A stretch of DNA of 64,000 bases from Betaproteobacteria bacterium Ga0074130 (GCA_001464495.1 LNDZ01000029.1:15455-79454), one strand, 5' to 3'; counted from the first letter of the stretch, positions 42,279 through 52,508 are shown. Made by a program: numbers and translations. Notes: generated by a model not told the origin, from the letters alone.

Positions 42279-43736
42279 ATGAGCGTAATAGAAGTCAAAG
42301 TTCCGGACATTGGTGATTTCAAGGATGTGCCGGTCATTGAGATCCTGGTTAAGGTCGGTGATACGGTCAAGGCCGAGGACGCACTGGTCACACTGGAATC
42401 CGACAAGGCCACGATGGATGTGCCCTCGCCTGCAAGTGGCACCGTCAAAGAAATCAAGGTCAAGATTGGCGACAGCGTCGCAGAAGGTAGCCTAATCGTA
42501 TTGCTCGAAGCCGCTGAAGCAGCTGCTGCGCCGGCCCCCGCCGCAGCACCGGCCAAGGCAGCACCTGCGCCGTCCTCTCCTGCCGCCAGCGTTGCTAGTC
42601 TGCTGACCCCACCACCGGTGGTGGAAAGCAGCGTGAGCCGCCCGGCCGCGCCCGCTGCAGCGCCTGCACCTGCTCCTGCGCGTGCGCCGGCAGCTCCAGT
42701 TACCGCACCGCAAGATATTGTGCGCCCGACCGACGAAGAGCCGACAACGGCACCGCCGCCCGTGCACATGCCAACCCCCGCTGAACTTGCCAATATCAAT
42801 GGCGGTCAGGCACACGCTAGCCCTTCCGTGCGCCAGTTTGCACGCGAGTTGGGTGCCGACATCAACAAGGTGACAGGTACGGGCCCCAAGGGTCGTATCA
42901 CCAAGGAAGACGTGCAGGCCTGGATAAAGGGCGTACTCACCGGTGCGATCGCCAATGCCGCCGCGCCGTCTGCTGCACCGGCGACCGGTGGGGGCGAATT
43001 GAATCTGCTGCCATGGCCGAAGGTTGATTTCACCAAGTTCGGTGAAGTTGATGTGCAACCGCTGTCACGCATCAAGAAAATCTCCGGCGCCAATCTGCAT
43101 CGCAATTGGGTGATGATTCCGCACGTCACGCAGTACGACGAAACCGATGTCACCGAACTGGAAGCCTTCCGTGTCGCCATGAACAAGGACAAGGAAACCG
43201 AAAAGGCTGGCGTGCGCTACACCATGCTCGCATTCGTCATCAAGGCCTGTGTTGCTGCACTGAAGAAATATCCGCAGTTCAACACCTCGCTGGATGGCGA
43301 TAATCTAGTGTTCAAGAAGTATTACCACATCGGTTTTGCAGCTGACACGCCTAATGGTTTGGTCGTGCCCGTGGTTAAGAATGCCGATCAGAAGAGCGTG
43401 ACTGAGATTGCCCGCGAAATGGCGGTGCTATCCAAGAATGCACGCGACGGCAAGCTCCTGCCGGGCGATATGCAGGGCGGCACCTTCTCCATCTCCAGCC
43501 TCGGCGGTATCGGTGGCACTTACTTCACGCCACTGATCAACGCACCTGAAGTGGCCATCCTTGGACTCTCGAAGCTGCAGACCAAGCCACTGTGGGACGG
43601 CGAGAAGTTCGTGCCGCGTCAGGTATTGCCGTTGTCGCTCTCGTATGACCATCGCGTCATCGACGGTGCCGAAGGTACACGTTTTGTCGATTACATCGGC
43701 AAGGTGCTGTGCGATCTGCGCCGGGCAATGCTCTAA
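42279..43736 (+). CDS. aceF: Dihydrolipoamide acetyltransferase E2 (AceF) with a single lipoyl domain
   Basis: The lipoyl domain has VTLESDKATMDVPSP. Ala/Pro-rich linkers follow, then a peripheral-subunit-binding domain (ASPSVRQFARELGADI) and a catalytic domain with SYDHRVIDGA. Confidence 0.9.
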   Translation: MSVIEVKVPDIGDFKDVPVIEILVKVGDTVKAEDALVTLESDKATMDVPSPASGTVKEIKVKIGDSVAEGSLIVLLEAAEAAAAPAPAAAPAKAAPAPSSPAASVASLLTPPPVVESSVSRPAAPAAAPAPAPARAPAAPVTAPQDIVRPTDEEPTTAPPPVHMPTPAELANINGGQAHASPSVRQFARELGADINKVTGTGPKGRITKEDVQAWIKGVLTGAIANAAAPSAAPATGGGELNLLPWPKVDFTKFGEVDVQPLSRIKKISGANLHRNWVMIPHVTQYDETDVTELEAFRVAMNKDKETEKAGVRYTMLAFVIKACVAALKKYPQFNTSLDGDNLVFKKYYHIGFAADTPNGLVVPVVKNADQKSVTEIAREMAVLSKNARDGKLLPGDMQGGTFSISSLGGIGGTYFTPLINAPEVAILGLSKLQTKPLWDGEKFVPRQVLPLSLSYDHRVIDGAEGTRFVDYIGKVLCDLRRAML

Positions 43737-43738
43737 CT

Positions 43739-44311
43739 ATGACGACCATTACTGTCGTCCGTAAGAACGATGAGGTTGCGATTGCCGCCGATGGTCTAAC
43801 GACCTTCGGCGACACGCGCCTCAACCGCAGCTACAAGGGCGAACACGACAAAATCATCACTGTCGGTGACTCATGGATTGGCATCTGCGGCAGCTCGGCG
43901 CATCATCTGGTGTTTGCCAATGTGCTGAACCTGCTCACTGATGTGAAGTTCGGCACGCGCATGGAAGTGTATGAAACCTTCCGTCGTCTACATCCGCTGC
44001 TCAAGGAACACGCATATCTCAACCCCAAGGAAGACGATGACGACCCTTACGAGTCGTCGCAAATCACCGCGCTGATCGCCAATCCGAGCGGCATCTACGG
44101 TGTGTATTCCTATCGCGAAGTGTTCGAGTTTGATCGATTCTGGGGCGTCGGCTCCGGTCGCAACTTTGCCCTTGGCGCCATGTACGCGGCCTACGACAGC
44201 GATGCCAGCGCGGCCCAAATCGCCGAGCTCGGCGTCAAGGCCGGCATTGAGTTTGATACGTCTTCGGGTGCGCCTATCGTGCTGCACTCGATCTCGTTAA
44301 AGCGTAATTGA
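43739..44311 (+). CDS. HslV/proteasome-beta-like Ntn-hydrolase (probable betaproteobacterial proteasome homologue, BPH)
   Basis: The product starts MTTITVVRKNDEVAIAADGLTTFGDT..., which aligns residue by residue with E. coli HslV [26 protein letters not shown]. It has GVGSGRNFALGA where HslV has AIGSGGPYAQAA. An acidic insert, NPKEDDDDPYESS, is present. The gene starts 3 nt after the aceF stop. Confidence 0.65.
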   Translation: MTTITVVRKNDEVAIAADGLTTFGDTRLNRSYKGEHDKIITVGDSWIGICGSSAHHLVFANVLNLLTDVKFGTRMEVYETFRRLHPLLKEHAYLNPKEDDDDPYESSQITALIANPSGIYGVYSYREVFEFDRFWGVGSGRNFALGAMYAAYDSDASAAQIAELGVKAGIEFDTSSGAPIVLHSISLKRN

Positions 44312-44396
44312 CTAACCCCCTGATGCGCATGCCGTACAAGCGCATCACTACAGCCCAGCTGCAGCAGTGCAGCGGCTGAATGGAGAAAGGCTGAAT

Positions 44397-46214
44397 ATGG
44401 CTCTGATCGAAGTCAAAGTCCCCGATATCGGCGACTTCAAGGATGTGCCCGTCATCGATATCCTGGTCAAGGTGGGTGACGCCATCAAGCCCGAAGATGC
44501 ATTGGTGACGCTGGAGTCGGACAAGGCGACGATGGACGTTCCATCTCCTGCCGCCGGCACGGTCAAGGAAATCAAGGTCAAGCTGGGCGACAACATTGGC
44601 GAAGGCCATGTGATCCTGTTGCTCGAAGCCGCAGGCGCAGCTGAGGCGCCTGCGGCAGCCAAACCAAGCCCCGCCGCGGCAATGCCCCCTGCCGCTACAC
44701 CAGCAAGTGCACCAGCGGCCCCTGCTAAGCCCGCGCCCGTAGCGGCACCTGTCGCAGGCAGCTACAGCGGTAAGGTGGATGTCGAAACCGAGGTGCTGGT
44801 GCTGGGCGCTGGCCCCGGTGGTTATTCGGCAGCCTTCCGTGCGGCAGACTTGGGCTTGAAGACCGTAATGGTCGAGCGCTACAGCACCCTTGGTGGTGTC
44901 TGTTTGAATGTGGGCTGCATTCCTTCCAAGGCATTGCTGCATGTCGCCGCCGTGATCGACGAAGCAGAGCATCTCTCAACAGCCGGCATCACCTTCGCTG
45001 CCCCTAAGCTCGATATTGATGCACTGCGCGGCCACAAGGAAAAGGTCGTCGGCAAGCTGACCACCGGTTTGTCCGGCATGGCCAAGATGCGCAAAGTCGA
45101 TGTCGTGCGCGGCTTCGGCAGCTTCCTCGATGCGCATCACGTTGTGGTGGAAACCACGACAGGTGACGCACAGGAAAAAACCGGCGAGAAGAAAGTCATC
45201 CGCTTCCAGCAGTGCATCATTGCTGCGGGTAGCCAAGCCGTACACCTGCCTTTCCTTGAGCTTAATGACCCACGCATCGTCGATTCGACCGGCGCACTTG
45301 AACTCAAGAGCGTGCCGAAGAAGATGCTCGTGATCGGTGGCGGCATCATCGGCCTCGAAATGGCAACGGTGTATTCCACACTCGGCGCGCGCGTCGATGT
45401 CGTCGAAATGGCAGATGGTCTGATGCAAGGCCCGGACCGTGACCTAGTCAAGGTGTGGGAAAAGCAGAACAGCCACCGCTTCGACAACATCTGGCTGAAG
45501 ACCAAAACTGTCTCGGCTGAGGCCAAGAAGGACGGTATCTGGGTCAAGGTCGAGGGCGAAAAAGCACCAACCGATGCCCAACGTTACGACCTCGTGCTGC
45601 AAGCAGCGGGGCGCAGTCCGAACGGTAAGAAGATTGCTGCCGATAAGGCAGGCGTCAGCGTCACTGACCGCGGCTTTATCCCGGTCGACAAGCAGTTGCG
45701 CACCAATGTGCCGCACATTTTTGCTATCGGCGATATCGTAGGCCAACCCATGCTTGCTCACAAGGCAGTGCATGAAGGTCACGTTGCCGCTGAAGCAGCC
45801 GCGGGTCAGAAAGCCTTCTTCGACGCCAGCATCATCCCCAGCGTTGCTTACACGCACCCTGAAGTGGCATGGGTGGGCGTGGGCGAGGATGAAGCCAAGG
45901 CCGCTGGCCGCAAGATCGAGACCGCCAAGTTCCCGTGGGCTGCATCAGGTCGCGCTATCGCCAACGGTGCAGAGTATGGCTTCACCAAGCTGGTGTTCGA
46001 TGCGGAAACCCATCGCATTATCGGCGGCAGCATTGTCGGTCCATCGGCGGGTGACATGATTGGTGAAATCTGTCTTGCTATCGAGATGGGAGCAGATGCT
46101 GTCGATATCGGCAAGACCATTCATCCACACCCAACGCTGGGCGAGACGATTGGGCTTGCTGCTGAAGTCGCCCACGGTAGCTGCACCGACCTGCCACCGC
46201 CACGCAAGAAATAG
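44397..46214 (+). CDS. lpdA: Dihydrolipoyl dehydrogenase E3 (LpdA) with an N-terminal lipoyl domain
   Basis: An N-terminal lipoyl domain of about 80 aa (VTLESDKATMDVPSP) is followed by an Ala/Pro linker. The FAD motif is VLVLGAGPGGYSAAFRAA, the redox-active disulfide is GGVCLNVGCIPSK, and HAHPTL-like HPHPTLGE lies at the C-terminus. Confidence 0.9.
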   Translation: MALIEVKVPDIGDFKDVPVIDILVKVGDAIKPEDALVTLESDKATMDVPSPAAGTVKEIKVKLGDNIGEGHVILLLEAAGAAEAPAAAKPSPAAAMPPAATPASAPAAPAKPAPVAAPVAGSYSGKVDVETEVLVLGAGPGGYSAAFRAADLGLKTVMVERYSTLGGVCLNVGCIPSKALLHVAAVIDEAEHLSTAGITFAAPKLDIDALRGHKEKVVGKLTTGLSGMAKMRKVDVVRGFGSFLDAHHVVVETTTGDAQEKTGEKKVIRFQQCIIAAGSQAVHLPFLELNDPRIVDSTGALELKSVPKKMLVIGGGIIGLEMATVYSTLGARVDVVEMADGLMQGPDRDLVKVWEKQNSHRFDNIWLKTKTVSAEAKKDGIWVKVEGEKAPTDAQRYDLVLQAAGRSPNGKKIAADKAGVSVTDRGFIPVDKQLRTNVPHIFAIGDIVGQPMLAHKAVHEGHVAAEAAAGQKAFFDASIIPSVAYTHPEVAWVGVGEDEAKAAGRKIETAKFPWAASGRAIANGAEYGFTKLVFDAETHRIIGGSIVGPSAGDMIGEICLAIEMGADAVDIGKTIHPHPTLGETIGLAAEVAHGSCTDLPPPRKK

Positions 46215-46245
46215 GCAATAGATTCAGTAGCGTTCAGTATCAAAG

Positions 46246-46267
46246 CAGGCCGGCGCAAGCCGGCCTG
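46246..46267 (+). terminator. Rho-independent-type terminator after lpdA
   Basis: The sequence is caggccggc-gcaa-gccggcctg (9-bp GC stem, GNRA-like loop), followed by tgcatttta. It lies 32 nt after the lpdA stop. Confidence 0.55.
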
Positions 46268-46305
46268 TGCATTTTACTGGCAGTGTTTTCGCTCATAATG
46301 TGACC

Positions 46306-47994
46306 ATGTTTAACAAGCTGGCGACTCTCCTGCAGGGCGAGAAATCGAACCATCCACTCGGTTCGAAGCAGAATCTCGACCACACGCTGAGTGAAATTCC
46401 GCTCAGTGATCCATCACGGGTGCTGATTGATATTGCTGCGATGATAGAAGACATCAGTCGCTACGACAAAGAGCTCTCCCCGGCGGCATTGAGAGAAGCG
46501 CTACTGTACATCGACACCTTTGCGCGTCCGTATTACAGCAACCTGCTCCTGACTTTTCTGTTGCCGGGCACGCGCGAGCACAACTCGGAGTTGCTTTGGG
46601 CGCACCTTGATCGCCATAACCTGCTGTTGTTTCAGGGTTACGAACACTGTCTCGACGTTGCGTTGCGCAGTAAAGAAGACTTGAGTAAGACCAAGATGCA
46701 ACTGGCGCTGTGTTCAACACGCGCCATGCATGCTTGGGTAGAGCGCAAGAAGTTGCATCATTTTCGGTATCGCCCTCCCGACCTTGAGTGGTGGTTGGCT
46801 GCACACAAGATTGTCGGGCTGGCTTCTCAACATGGCGTGACCTCGTTGGTGCAAGCCGTGTACCCGGATGAGCCGCAGCTGCGCAGCACTCTGCACACTT
46901 ATCTGGCTGGGCTATATCTGGAAATCGCCCCCACGTCGAACTTGGTCAGTCTGCAGATCGAAGTTCTACACCGCTGGTTACAGCAGAATGCGAGCAACTT
47001 CGAGTTTGCAGAAGTCGGGCATGCGGGGACCAGCCACTTTATCAGCCTGCATAACCCGGGCAGTCCCACTCGCTATACAAACAGTGTGGTGCACAACCCG
47101 TCGCTACGCTATTGCTCTACTCGGCGCCTACGCACGCCGCTCCTGCAGTTTGCCAAGGACACGCGTGGTGATACACCACCGGAATGGTTACAGCCCTTCA
47201 TAGATCACCGCGAGGGCATTGATAAGCTGGTACAGACATTGTTCTCGCACTGGGCAGAAAAGCCGCCTGAACGGACCAGTCCGCGACAGGCTGACAATAT
47301 GCCTATGCGCGTTGTCCATGGCTTCAGCTTAGTGCGCCGCATGATTGCCTGCGCTGCATTTGCCAAACGAGGTAAGTCGCTCAACTACCGTGGTGCGGAC
47401 ATGGAAAGTCTGTTCAACGAATTGCGTTTTGGCAATAGTGCAAAACTCTCAGACATCGCAACCGAAGACAGTGTCGACCCATTGGAAACATTGCTCAAAC
47501 TGGAAACTTCCGGTGACAAGCAGATGATGGATGAATGGCTGAAGGTAGATGCCAGCGAAACGGGCCTAGGCGCACTGGCACCGGGACTGCGCAGCCGAAG
47601 CCGTATCGGTGAACTCGTCGGCTTTCGTTTCGACGGAGACATCGAGTGGCGCGCCGGCATCATTCGCCGTATTAGCCGCGACAAACAGAAACGTGCCAGC
47701 CTAGGCCTGGAAACACTTCCCGTGCCTTCCATATGCGCACAAGTCAGGCCGGCGAATCTTGTGCTGACGGTGTGGAGCGAGGCCTGCGAAGCTGGGAATG
47801 GCTATGTCGATGCCATCCTGCTTGCAGAAGATAGTGATACCTTGCTTCTGCCCCCAGGACTTTTTGTTGCCGACCTAGCGATTATTCTCAACGTTGGCGG
47901 CAAACGACGTGATGTTGTACTGACTGAAAAACTCGATCACGGTAACGACTGGGAGCGCATACGCTTTCAGCCAAGCACACAGGAACCCCTATGA
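46306..47994 (+). CDS. Hypothetical protein (about 563 aa), with a possible degenerate PilZ-like C-terminal region
   Basis: It lies in ORF 46267..47994. I prefer the ATG at 46306 because the GTG at 46267 sits inside the lpdA terminator stem. I recognise no family. The C-terminal segment [14 protein letters not shown] fits the PilZ D-x-S-x-x-G motif, but I found no upstream RxxxR. The stop overlaps the rpiA ATG. Confidence 0.5.
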   Translation: MFNKLATLLQGEKSNHPLGSKQNLDHTLSEIPLSDPSRVLIDIAAMIEDISRYDKELSPAALREALLYIDTFARPYYSNLLLTFLLPGTREHNSELLWAHLDRHNLLLFQGYEHCLDVALRSKEDLSKTKMQLALCSTRAMHAWVERKKLHHFRYRPPDLEWWLAAHKIVGLASQHGVTSLVQAVYPDEPQLRSTLHTYLAGLYLEIAPTSNLVSLQIEVLHRWLQQNASNFEFAEVGHAGTSHFISLHNPGSPTRYTNSVVHNPSLRYCSTRRLRTPLLQFAKDTRGDTPPEWLQPFIDHREGIDKLVQTLFSHWAEKPPERTSPRQADNMPMRVVHGFSLVRRMIACAAFAKRGKSLNYRGADMESLFNELRFGNSAKLSDIATEDSVDPLETLLKLETSGDKQMMDEWLKVDASETGLGALAPGLRSRSRIGELVGFRFDGDIEWRAGIIRRISRDKQKRASLGLETLPVPSICAQVRPANLVLTVWSEACEAGNGYVDAILLAEDSDTLLLPPGLFVADLAIILNVGGKRRDVVLTEKLDHGNDWERIRFQPSTQEPL

Positions 47995-48662
47995 CTCAAG
48001 ATGAACTGAAACAAGCCGTTGCACAAGCCGCTGTGGACTACATTGCCCAGCATGCGCCAGAAGGCGCCACCATTGGCGTAGGCACTGGCTCTACCGCCAA
48101 CTTCTTCATTGACGCACTCGTCGCGCTCAAGCCGCGCATTGGTGCCGCTGTTGCCAGCTCAGAGGCGACGCGCAAGCGCCTTGAAGGGCACGGCTTCAAG
48201 GTGTTTGACCTCAACGCAGTCGCGCGCATGCCGATCTACGTAGATGGCGCGGATGAAATCGATCCCGGCTTCGCCATGATCAAGGGCGGAGGCGGAGCCC
48301 TGACGCGTGAGAAAATTGTGGCTGCGGTGGCTGACACCTTTGTGTGCATTTGCGATGCCAGCAAGCAAGTTGATATTCTTGGTAAGTTCCCGCTGCCGCT
48401 TGAGGTCATTCCGATGGCCCGCGCACAGGTCGAGCGCGAACTCATTGCCCTTGGCGGCAAGCCCGTCCTGCGCGAAGGTTTCACCACGGACAATGGCAAC
48501 ATCATCTTGGATGTGCATGGGCTTAGCATCGGCAAGCCGACTGAGCTCGAATCCGCACTCAATCAGATCGTCGGGATTGTGACGAATGGCCTGTTTGCAC
48601 GTCGCAGTGCTGACGTCCTGTTACTCGGCACCAGCGATGGTGTGGTGACGCTGACGAAATAG
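47991..48662 (+). CDS. rpiA: Ribose-5-phosphate isomerase A
   Basis: The motifs are [25 protein letters not shown] and [13 protein letters not shown]. Confidence 0.9.
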   Translation: MTQDELKQAVAQAAVDYIAQHAPEGATIGVGTGSTANFFIDALVALKPRIGAAVASSEATRKRLEGHGFKVFDLNAVARMPIYVDGADEIDPGFAMIKGGGGALTREKIVAAVADTFVCICDASKQVDILGKFPLPLEVIPMARAQVERELIALGGKPVLREGFTTDNGNIILDVHGLSIGKPTELESALNQIVGIVTNGLFARRSADVLLLGTSDGVVTLTK

Positions 48663-48728
48663 AGATTTCAGGGTTGCAACAAAACCTTCATAATCACTTG
48701 CTACTATTCACGGTCCGAGAGAAACCCC

Positions 48729-49439
48729 ATGAGCCCACCCATGAATGACCATATTGCCAAGCAGTTTGATGCCGACCTGGAAAACATCCGCAATCGCGTA
48801 TTGCAAATGGGTGGGCTGGTTGAACAGTTGATCGTGATGGCCATGGATGGCCTCTCCAGCGGCGACATATTACTGATTGACCAAGCCATTGCCACCGATG
48901 AACGGGTGAATCGTCATGAAGTCGAGCTCGATGAAGCCTGTACCCAGATCATTGCCCGTCGCCAGCCGACTGCCAGCGATTTGCGCATGGTGATGACCGT
49001 GATCAAGACCATCACTGATCTAGAGCGTATTGGTGATGAAGCCAAGAAGATCGCAAAAATGGCCAAAAAAATTCACGGGGCCGAATTCCATTCGGCGCCG
49101 AATATCGACTTCCGCCATGTCGCCGGCATTGTCGTGAGCATGCTACGTCAAGCACTGGATGCCTTTGCCCGTCTTGATGTCGCCGCAGCGGGTCAAGTCG
49201 TACGTACGGACCAGGAAGTGGACATTGAATTCAAGGCATCCATGCGCCAACTGATTACCTACATGATGGAAGATCCACGCACCATCTCCCGCTCGCTCGA
49301 TATGGTGTTCATTGCAAAAGCCATCGAACGAATCGGCGATCATTCCAAGAACATTGCTGAGTACGTGGTCTACATGGTCAAGGGCCGTGATGTCCGTCAC
49401 GTCGGCCTTGCTGAGATCGAACGCGAAATCGCCAGCTAA
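48729..49439 (+). CDS. phoU: Phosphate signalling complex protein PhoU
   Basis: There are two PhoU repeats, each with a conserved E/D-x-x-x-D metal-binding motif (DLERIGDEAKKIA and IERIGDHSKNIAE). The protein is 236 aa. Confidence 0.85.
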   Translation: MSPPMNDHIAKQFDADLENIRNRVLQMGGLVEQLIVMAMDGLSSGDILLIDQAIATDERVNRHEVELDEACTQIIARRQPTASDLRMVMTVIKTITDLERIGDEAKKIAKMAKKIHGAEFHSAPNIDFRHVAGIVVSMLRQALDAFARLDVAAAGQVVRTDQEVDIEFKASMRQLITYMMEDPRTISRSLDMVFIAKAIERIGDHSKNIAEYVVYMVKGRDVRHVGLAEIEREIAS

Positions 49440-49456
49440 AGTCAGTTCAGCAGCAT

Positions 49457-49485
49457 AAAAAAGGCCGCAGCAGCGGCCTTTTTTA
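49457..49485. terminator. Bidirectional rho-independent terminator (phoU and the SLT gene)
   Basis: The sequence is aaaaaa-ggccgc-agca-gcggcc-tttttt, with an A-tract and a T-tract flanking a GC stem. Confidence 0.75.
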
Positions 49486-50103
49486 TTTCAGCGATGCATG
49501 CTGAGGTTGCGGCCAACCCCAGTTTTTTTCCCAAGCCCCGCGCACCATGTTCGGATACTCCGGCCGCCCCAAGCTGCCGTTATATCGCCCCAGTGCACGA
49601 TATAGGTCGCCCTTTTCGATATCAAGATAGTGACGGAGAATCGTGCAGCCAAAACGCAGATTGGTACGCATATGGAACAGGTTGCTATCGGGCGTGCCAA
49701 TCAGCTTTACCCAAAAGGGCATAACCTGCATGTAACCGCGTGCGCCAGCGCTAGACACTGCGTACTTCTTGAAACCACTTTCCACCTGAATCAAGCCAAG
49801 CACGAGTTGCGGATCAAGACCTGCGCGGCGCGATTCGTAGTACACCGTCTTGAGAAAGTCGATGCGCTGCTGCGGATCTGGCATACGCTTGTAGAGGCGC
49901 TCAGACATCGTCGCCAGCCAGTTCACCTTGTCCGTAATACTCGGAAACTCTGGCTCAGGTGATGCCTGATCGGCGATAGCGGCATGCAATGCGGCCTGCA
50001 CACTCGCTGCCAGCTTTTCCTCCTGCTGCGCGCCTGCATAGACCGTTGAAACGGCCCAAGGGCTGAGGCACAACAGCATCAGAAAAGCTGGCCGGCGCAA
50101 CAT
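49483..50103 (-). CDS. Lytic transglycosylase (SLT domain) with signal peptide
   Basis: The N-terminus looks like a signal peptide. The catalytic region is IQVESGFKKYAVSSAGARGYMQVMPFW (ES...GA.G.MQ.MP). Confidence 0.75.
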   Translation of the reverse strand: MLRRPAFLMLLCLSPWAVSTVYAGAQQEEKLAASVQAALHAAIADQASPEPEFPSITDKVNWLATMSERLYKRMPDPQQRIDFLKTVYYESRRAGLDPQLVLGLIQVESGFKKYAVSSAGARGYMQVMPFWVKLIGTPDSNLFHMRTNLRFGCTILRHYLDIEKGDLYRALGRYNGSLGRPEYPNMVRGAWEKNWGWPQPQHASLK

Positions 50104-50105
50104 GC

Positions 50106-51851
50106 TCAGCGCCCGAGCAAGCCGCGGATATGCGACACGATGGTGCCGGCGTCGAGCAACGTTGCTTCGGCGTCCGTACGCGCCTTGTACTCAACCTTGC
50201 CTTCCTTGAGCCCGCGATCACCCACCACCAAACGGTGCGGCACACCAATCAGCTCCCAATCAGCAAACATCGAGCCCGGACGTTCGTCGCGATCATCCAC
50301 GATGACGTCCACACCAGCCGCCTGCAGGTCGGCATACAGCGCATCGGTGGCGGCCTTCACCGCATCCGACTTGGTGTAGCCCATCGGCACAATGACAACC
50401 TCAAAAGGTGCAATCGCGGCGGGCCAGATGATGCCCTTGTCGTCATGGTTCTGCTCAATCGCAGCTGCAGGCAGGCGCGTGATACCAATGCCGTAGCAGC
50501 CCATTTCAAAGAACTGGGGCTTGCCGCCTTCGTCCAAGAAAGTGGCATTCATTGCCTTGCTGTATTTAGTGCCCAGATAGAAGATGTGACCGATTTCGAT
50601 ACCACGTTCGATCGCCAGCACACCCTTGCCATCGGGCGATAAGTCGCCTTCGACGACATTGCGTAGGTCGGCAACGAGCTCAGGCTCAGGCAAATCACGG
50701 CCCCAGTTCACGCCTGTGATGTGGAAGTCAGCTTCGTTGGCACCGCAAATCCAGTCGGCCATGACCGCGACTTCACGGTCAGCGACGATTTGCACTGGCT
50801 TCTTCAGACTGAGCGGGCCTAGGTAACCGGGTTTCGTGCCGAAGTGTTCTACAACTTCAGCCTCGGTCGCAAAGCGGAATCCCGCCTCAAAACCCTGCAG
50901 CTTGCCGACCTTGACTTCGTTCATGTCGTGATCGCCGCGCAACAGCAAAAGCCAGATCTGGCTTTTGCTGATTGCACCGCTCTCATCAACCTCGTCAGTC
51001 GCAAGAACCAGCGACTTAACTGTGGTTGCGAGTGGCACACTCAGTAATGCGGCCACATCAGGACAGGTGCTCTTGCCCGGTGTTGGCACCTTGGTCAGCG
51101 ACTGGCTCGCTACCGGACGCGTGTTCTGCGGGGCCAGTGCTTCGGCCTTTTCGATATTGGCGGCGTAGTCGCTGGTTGGGCAGTAGATGATGGCATCCTC
51201 ACCGGTTGCGGCAATCACCTGAAACTCCTCGCTCAGATCGCCGCCGATGGCACCACTGTCGGCTGCAACTGCGCGATAGCGTAGGCCAAAGCGATCAAAT
51301 GCGGCCCGATAAGCCGTGGCCATAGTCTGGTAGCTGACTTGCGCCGCAGCCGGGTCACGGTCAAAGCTGTAAGCGTCCTTCATAACGAACTCACGGCCAC
51401 GCATCAAGCCAAAGCGCGGACGGCGCTCGTCACGGAACTTGGTCTGGATCTGATAGAGGTTTTTCGGTAACTGCTTGTAGCTCTTTAAATCCTGGCGAGC
51501 GATGTCGGTAACCACCTCTTCGCTGGTCGGTTGCAACACGAAGTCACGATCGTGCCTATCCTTGATGCGCAGCATTTCCGGCCCCATTTTCTCGAAGCGC
51601 CCAGTTTCTTGCCACAGGTCCGCTGGCTGGACGACCGGCATCGAGAGCTCGACTGCTCCAGCTCGATTCATTTCTTCGCGCACGATGGCGGCAACCTTGT
51701 TGATGACCCGCAGGCCCATCGGCATATAGGTATACACGCCCGCACTCAATCGTTTGATCATCCCGGCACGCATCATCAGCTTATGGCTGACGACTTCGGC
51801 GTCGGAGGGCGCTTCCTTGAGAGTGGCGATGTAAAACTGCGAGGCACGCAT
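50106..51851 (-). CDS. proS: Proline--tRNA ligase (bacterial type with editing domain)
   Basis: The start is [32 protein letters not shown]. The class II motifs are [17 protein letters not shown] and GCYGIG. The protein is 581 aa. Confidence 0.9.
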   Translation of the reverse strand: MRASQFYIATLKEAPSDAEVVSHKLMMRAGMIKRLSAGVYTYMPMGLRVINKVAAIVREEMNRAGAVELSMPVVQPADLWQETGRFEKMGPEMLRIKDRHDRDFVLQPTSEEVVTDIARQDLKSYKQLPKNLYQIQTKFRDERRPRFGLMRGREFVMKDAYSFDRDPAAAQVSYQTMATAYRAAFDRFGLRYRAVAADSGAIGGDLSEEFQVIAATGEDAIIYCPTSDYAANIEKAEALAPQNTRPVASQSLTKVPTPGKSTCPDVAALLSVPLATTVKSLVLATDEVDESGAISKSQIWLLLLRGDHDMNEVKVGKLQGFEAGFRFATEAEVVEHFGTKPGYLGPLSLKKPVQIVADREVAVMADWICGANEADFHITGVNWGRDLPEPELVADLRNVVEGDLSPDGKGVLAIERGIEIGHIFYLGTKYSKAMNATFLDEGGKPQFFEMGCYGIGITRLPAAAIEQNHDDKGIIWPAAIAPFEVVIVPMGYTKSDAVKAATDALYADLQAAGVDVIVDDRDERPGSMFADWELIGVPHRLVVGDRGLKEGKVEYKARTDAEATLLDAGTIVSHIRGLLGR

Positions 51852-51971
51852 GAAATTGCTTCCGGAATTGGTGAAAACGCAATTTTACGGGCTTTTACCA
51901 GTCTGGGGCTGGCTTTGCTCTTACGCTGAAGTGTGAAAGAATGGAGCCAGTCAAAAATTAAAGGTGTTCCC

Positions 51972-52508
51972 ATGCTTGATCGGGAAGGCTACCGGCCAAA
52001 TGTTGGCATCATCCTGGCCAACTGCCACAACCAAGTGTTCTGGGGCAAGCGCATCCGAGAACACGCGTGGCAGTTTCCTCAGGGCGGCATCAACAGGGGT
52101 GAATCGCCGGAGCAGGCAATGTTTCGTGAACTGCACGAGGAAATCGGGCTACTGCCCGAGCACGTGCGCATTCTCGGCAGGACGCGCGAGTGGTTGCGCT
52201 ATGACGTCCCCAAAAATTGGGTCCGTCGCGAATGGCGCACCACCTATCGTGGGCAAAAACAAATCTGGTTCCTTTTGCGCTTGGTGGGCCGCGATACAGA
52301 CGTGTCGCTGCGCGCCAGCGAACACCCCGAGTTCGATGCCTGGCGCTGGAGTGACTACTGGACGCCGCTAGACGGCGTCATCGATTTCAAGCGTGGGGTT
52401 TACGAGCTTGCGCTAACCGAGCTTGCTCGCTTCCTTTTTGCCAATCCCTCCCAGCAGAAACCGCAATGGGATCAGGCTGCCTTGTCGGAAAGTAAATCCA
52501 ACCCATGA
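51972..52508 (+). CDS. rppH: RNA pyrophosphohydrolase RppH (NUDIX)
   Basis: The product starts [15 protein letters not shown] and carries the Nudix box [23 protein letters not shown]. An internal ATG lies in ORF 51933..52508. Confidence 0.85.
   Translation: MLDREGYRPNVGIILANCHNQVFWGKRIREHAWQFPQGGINRGESPEQAMFRELHEEIGLLPEHVRILGRTREWLRYDVPKNWVRREWRTTYRGQKQIWFLLRLVGRDTDVSLRASEHPEFDAWRWSDYWTPLDGVIDFKRGVYELALTELARFLFANPSQQKPQWDQAALSESKSNP

Noticed and set aside
46267-46305. A GTG start at 46267 for the large hypothetical protein.
   Set aside because: The GTG lies within the 3' arm of the lpdA terminator stem (46246-46267). The ATG at 46306 is more plausible, although neither has a good SD, so the start remains uncertain.
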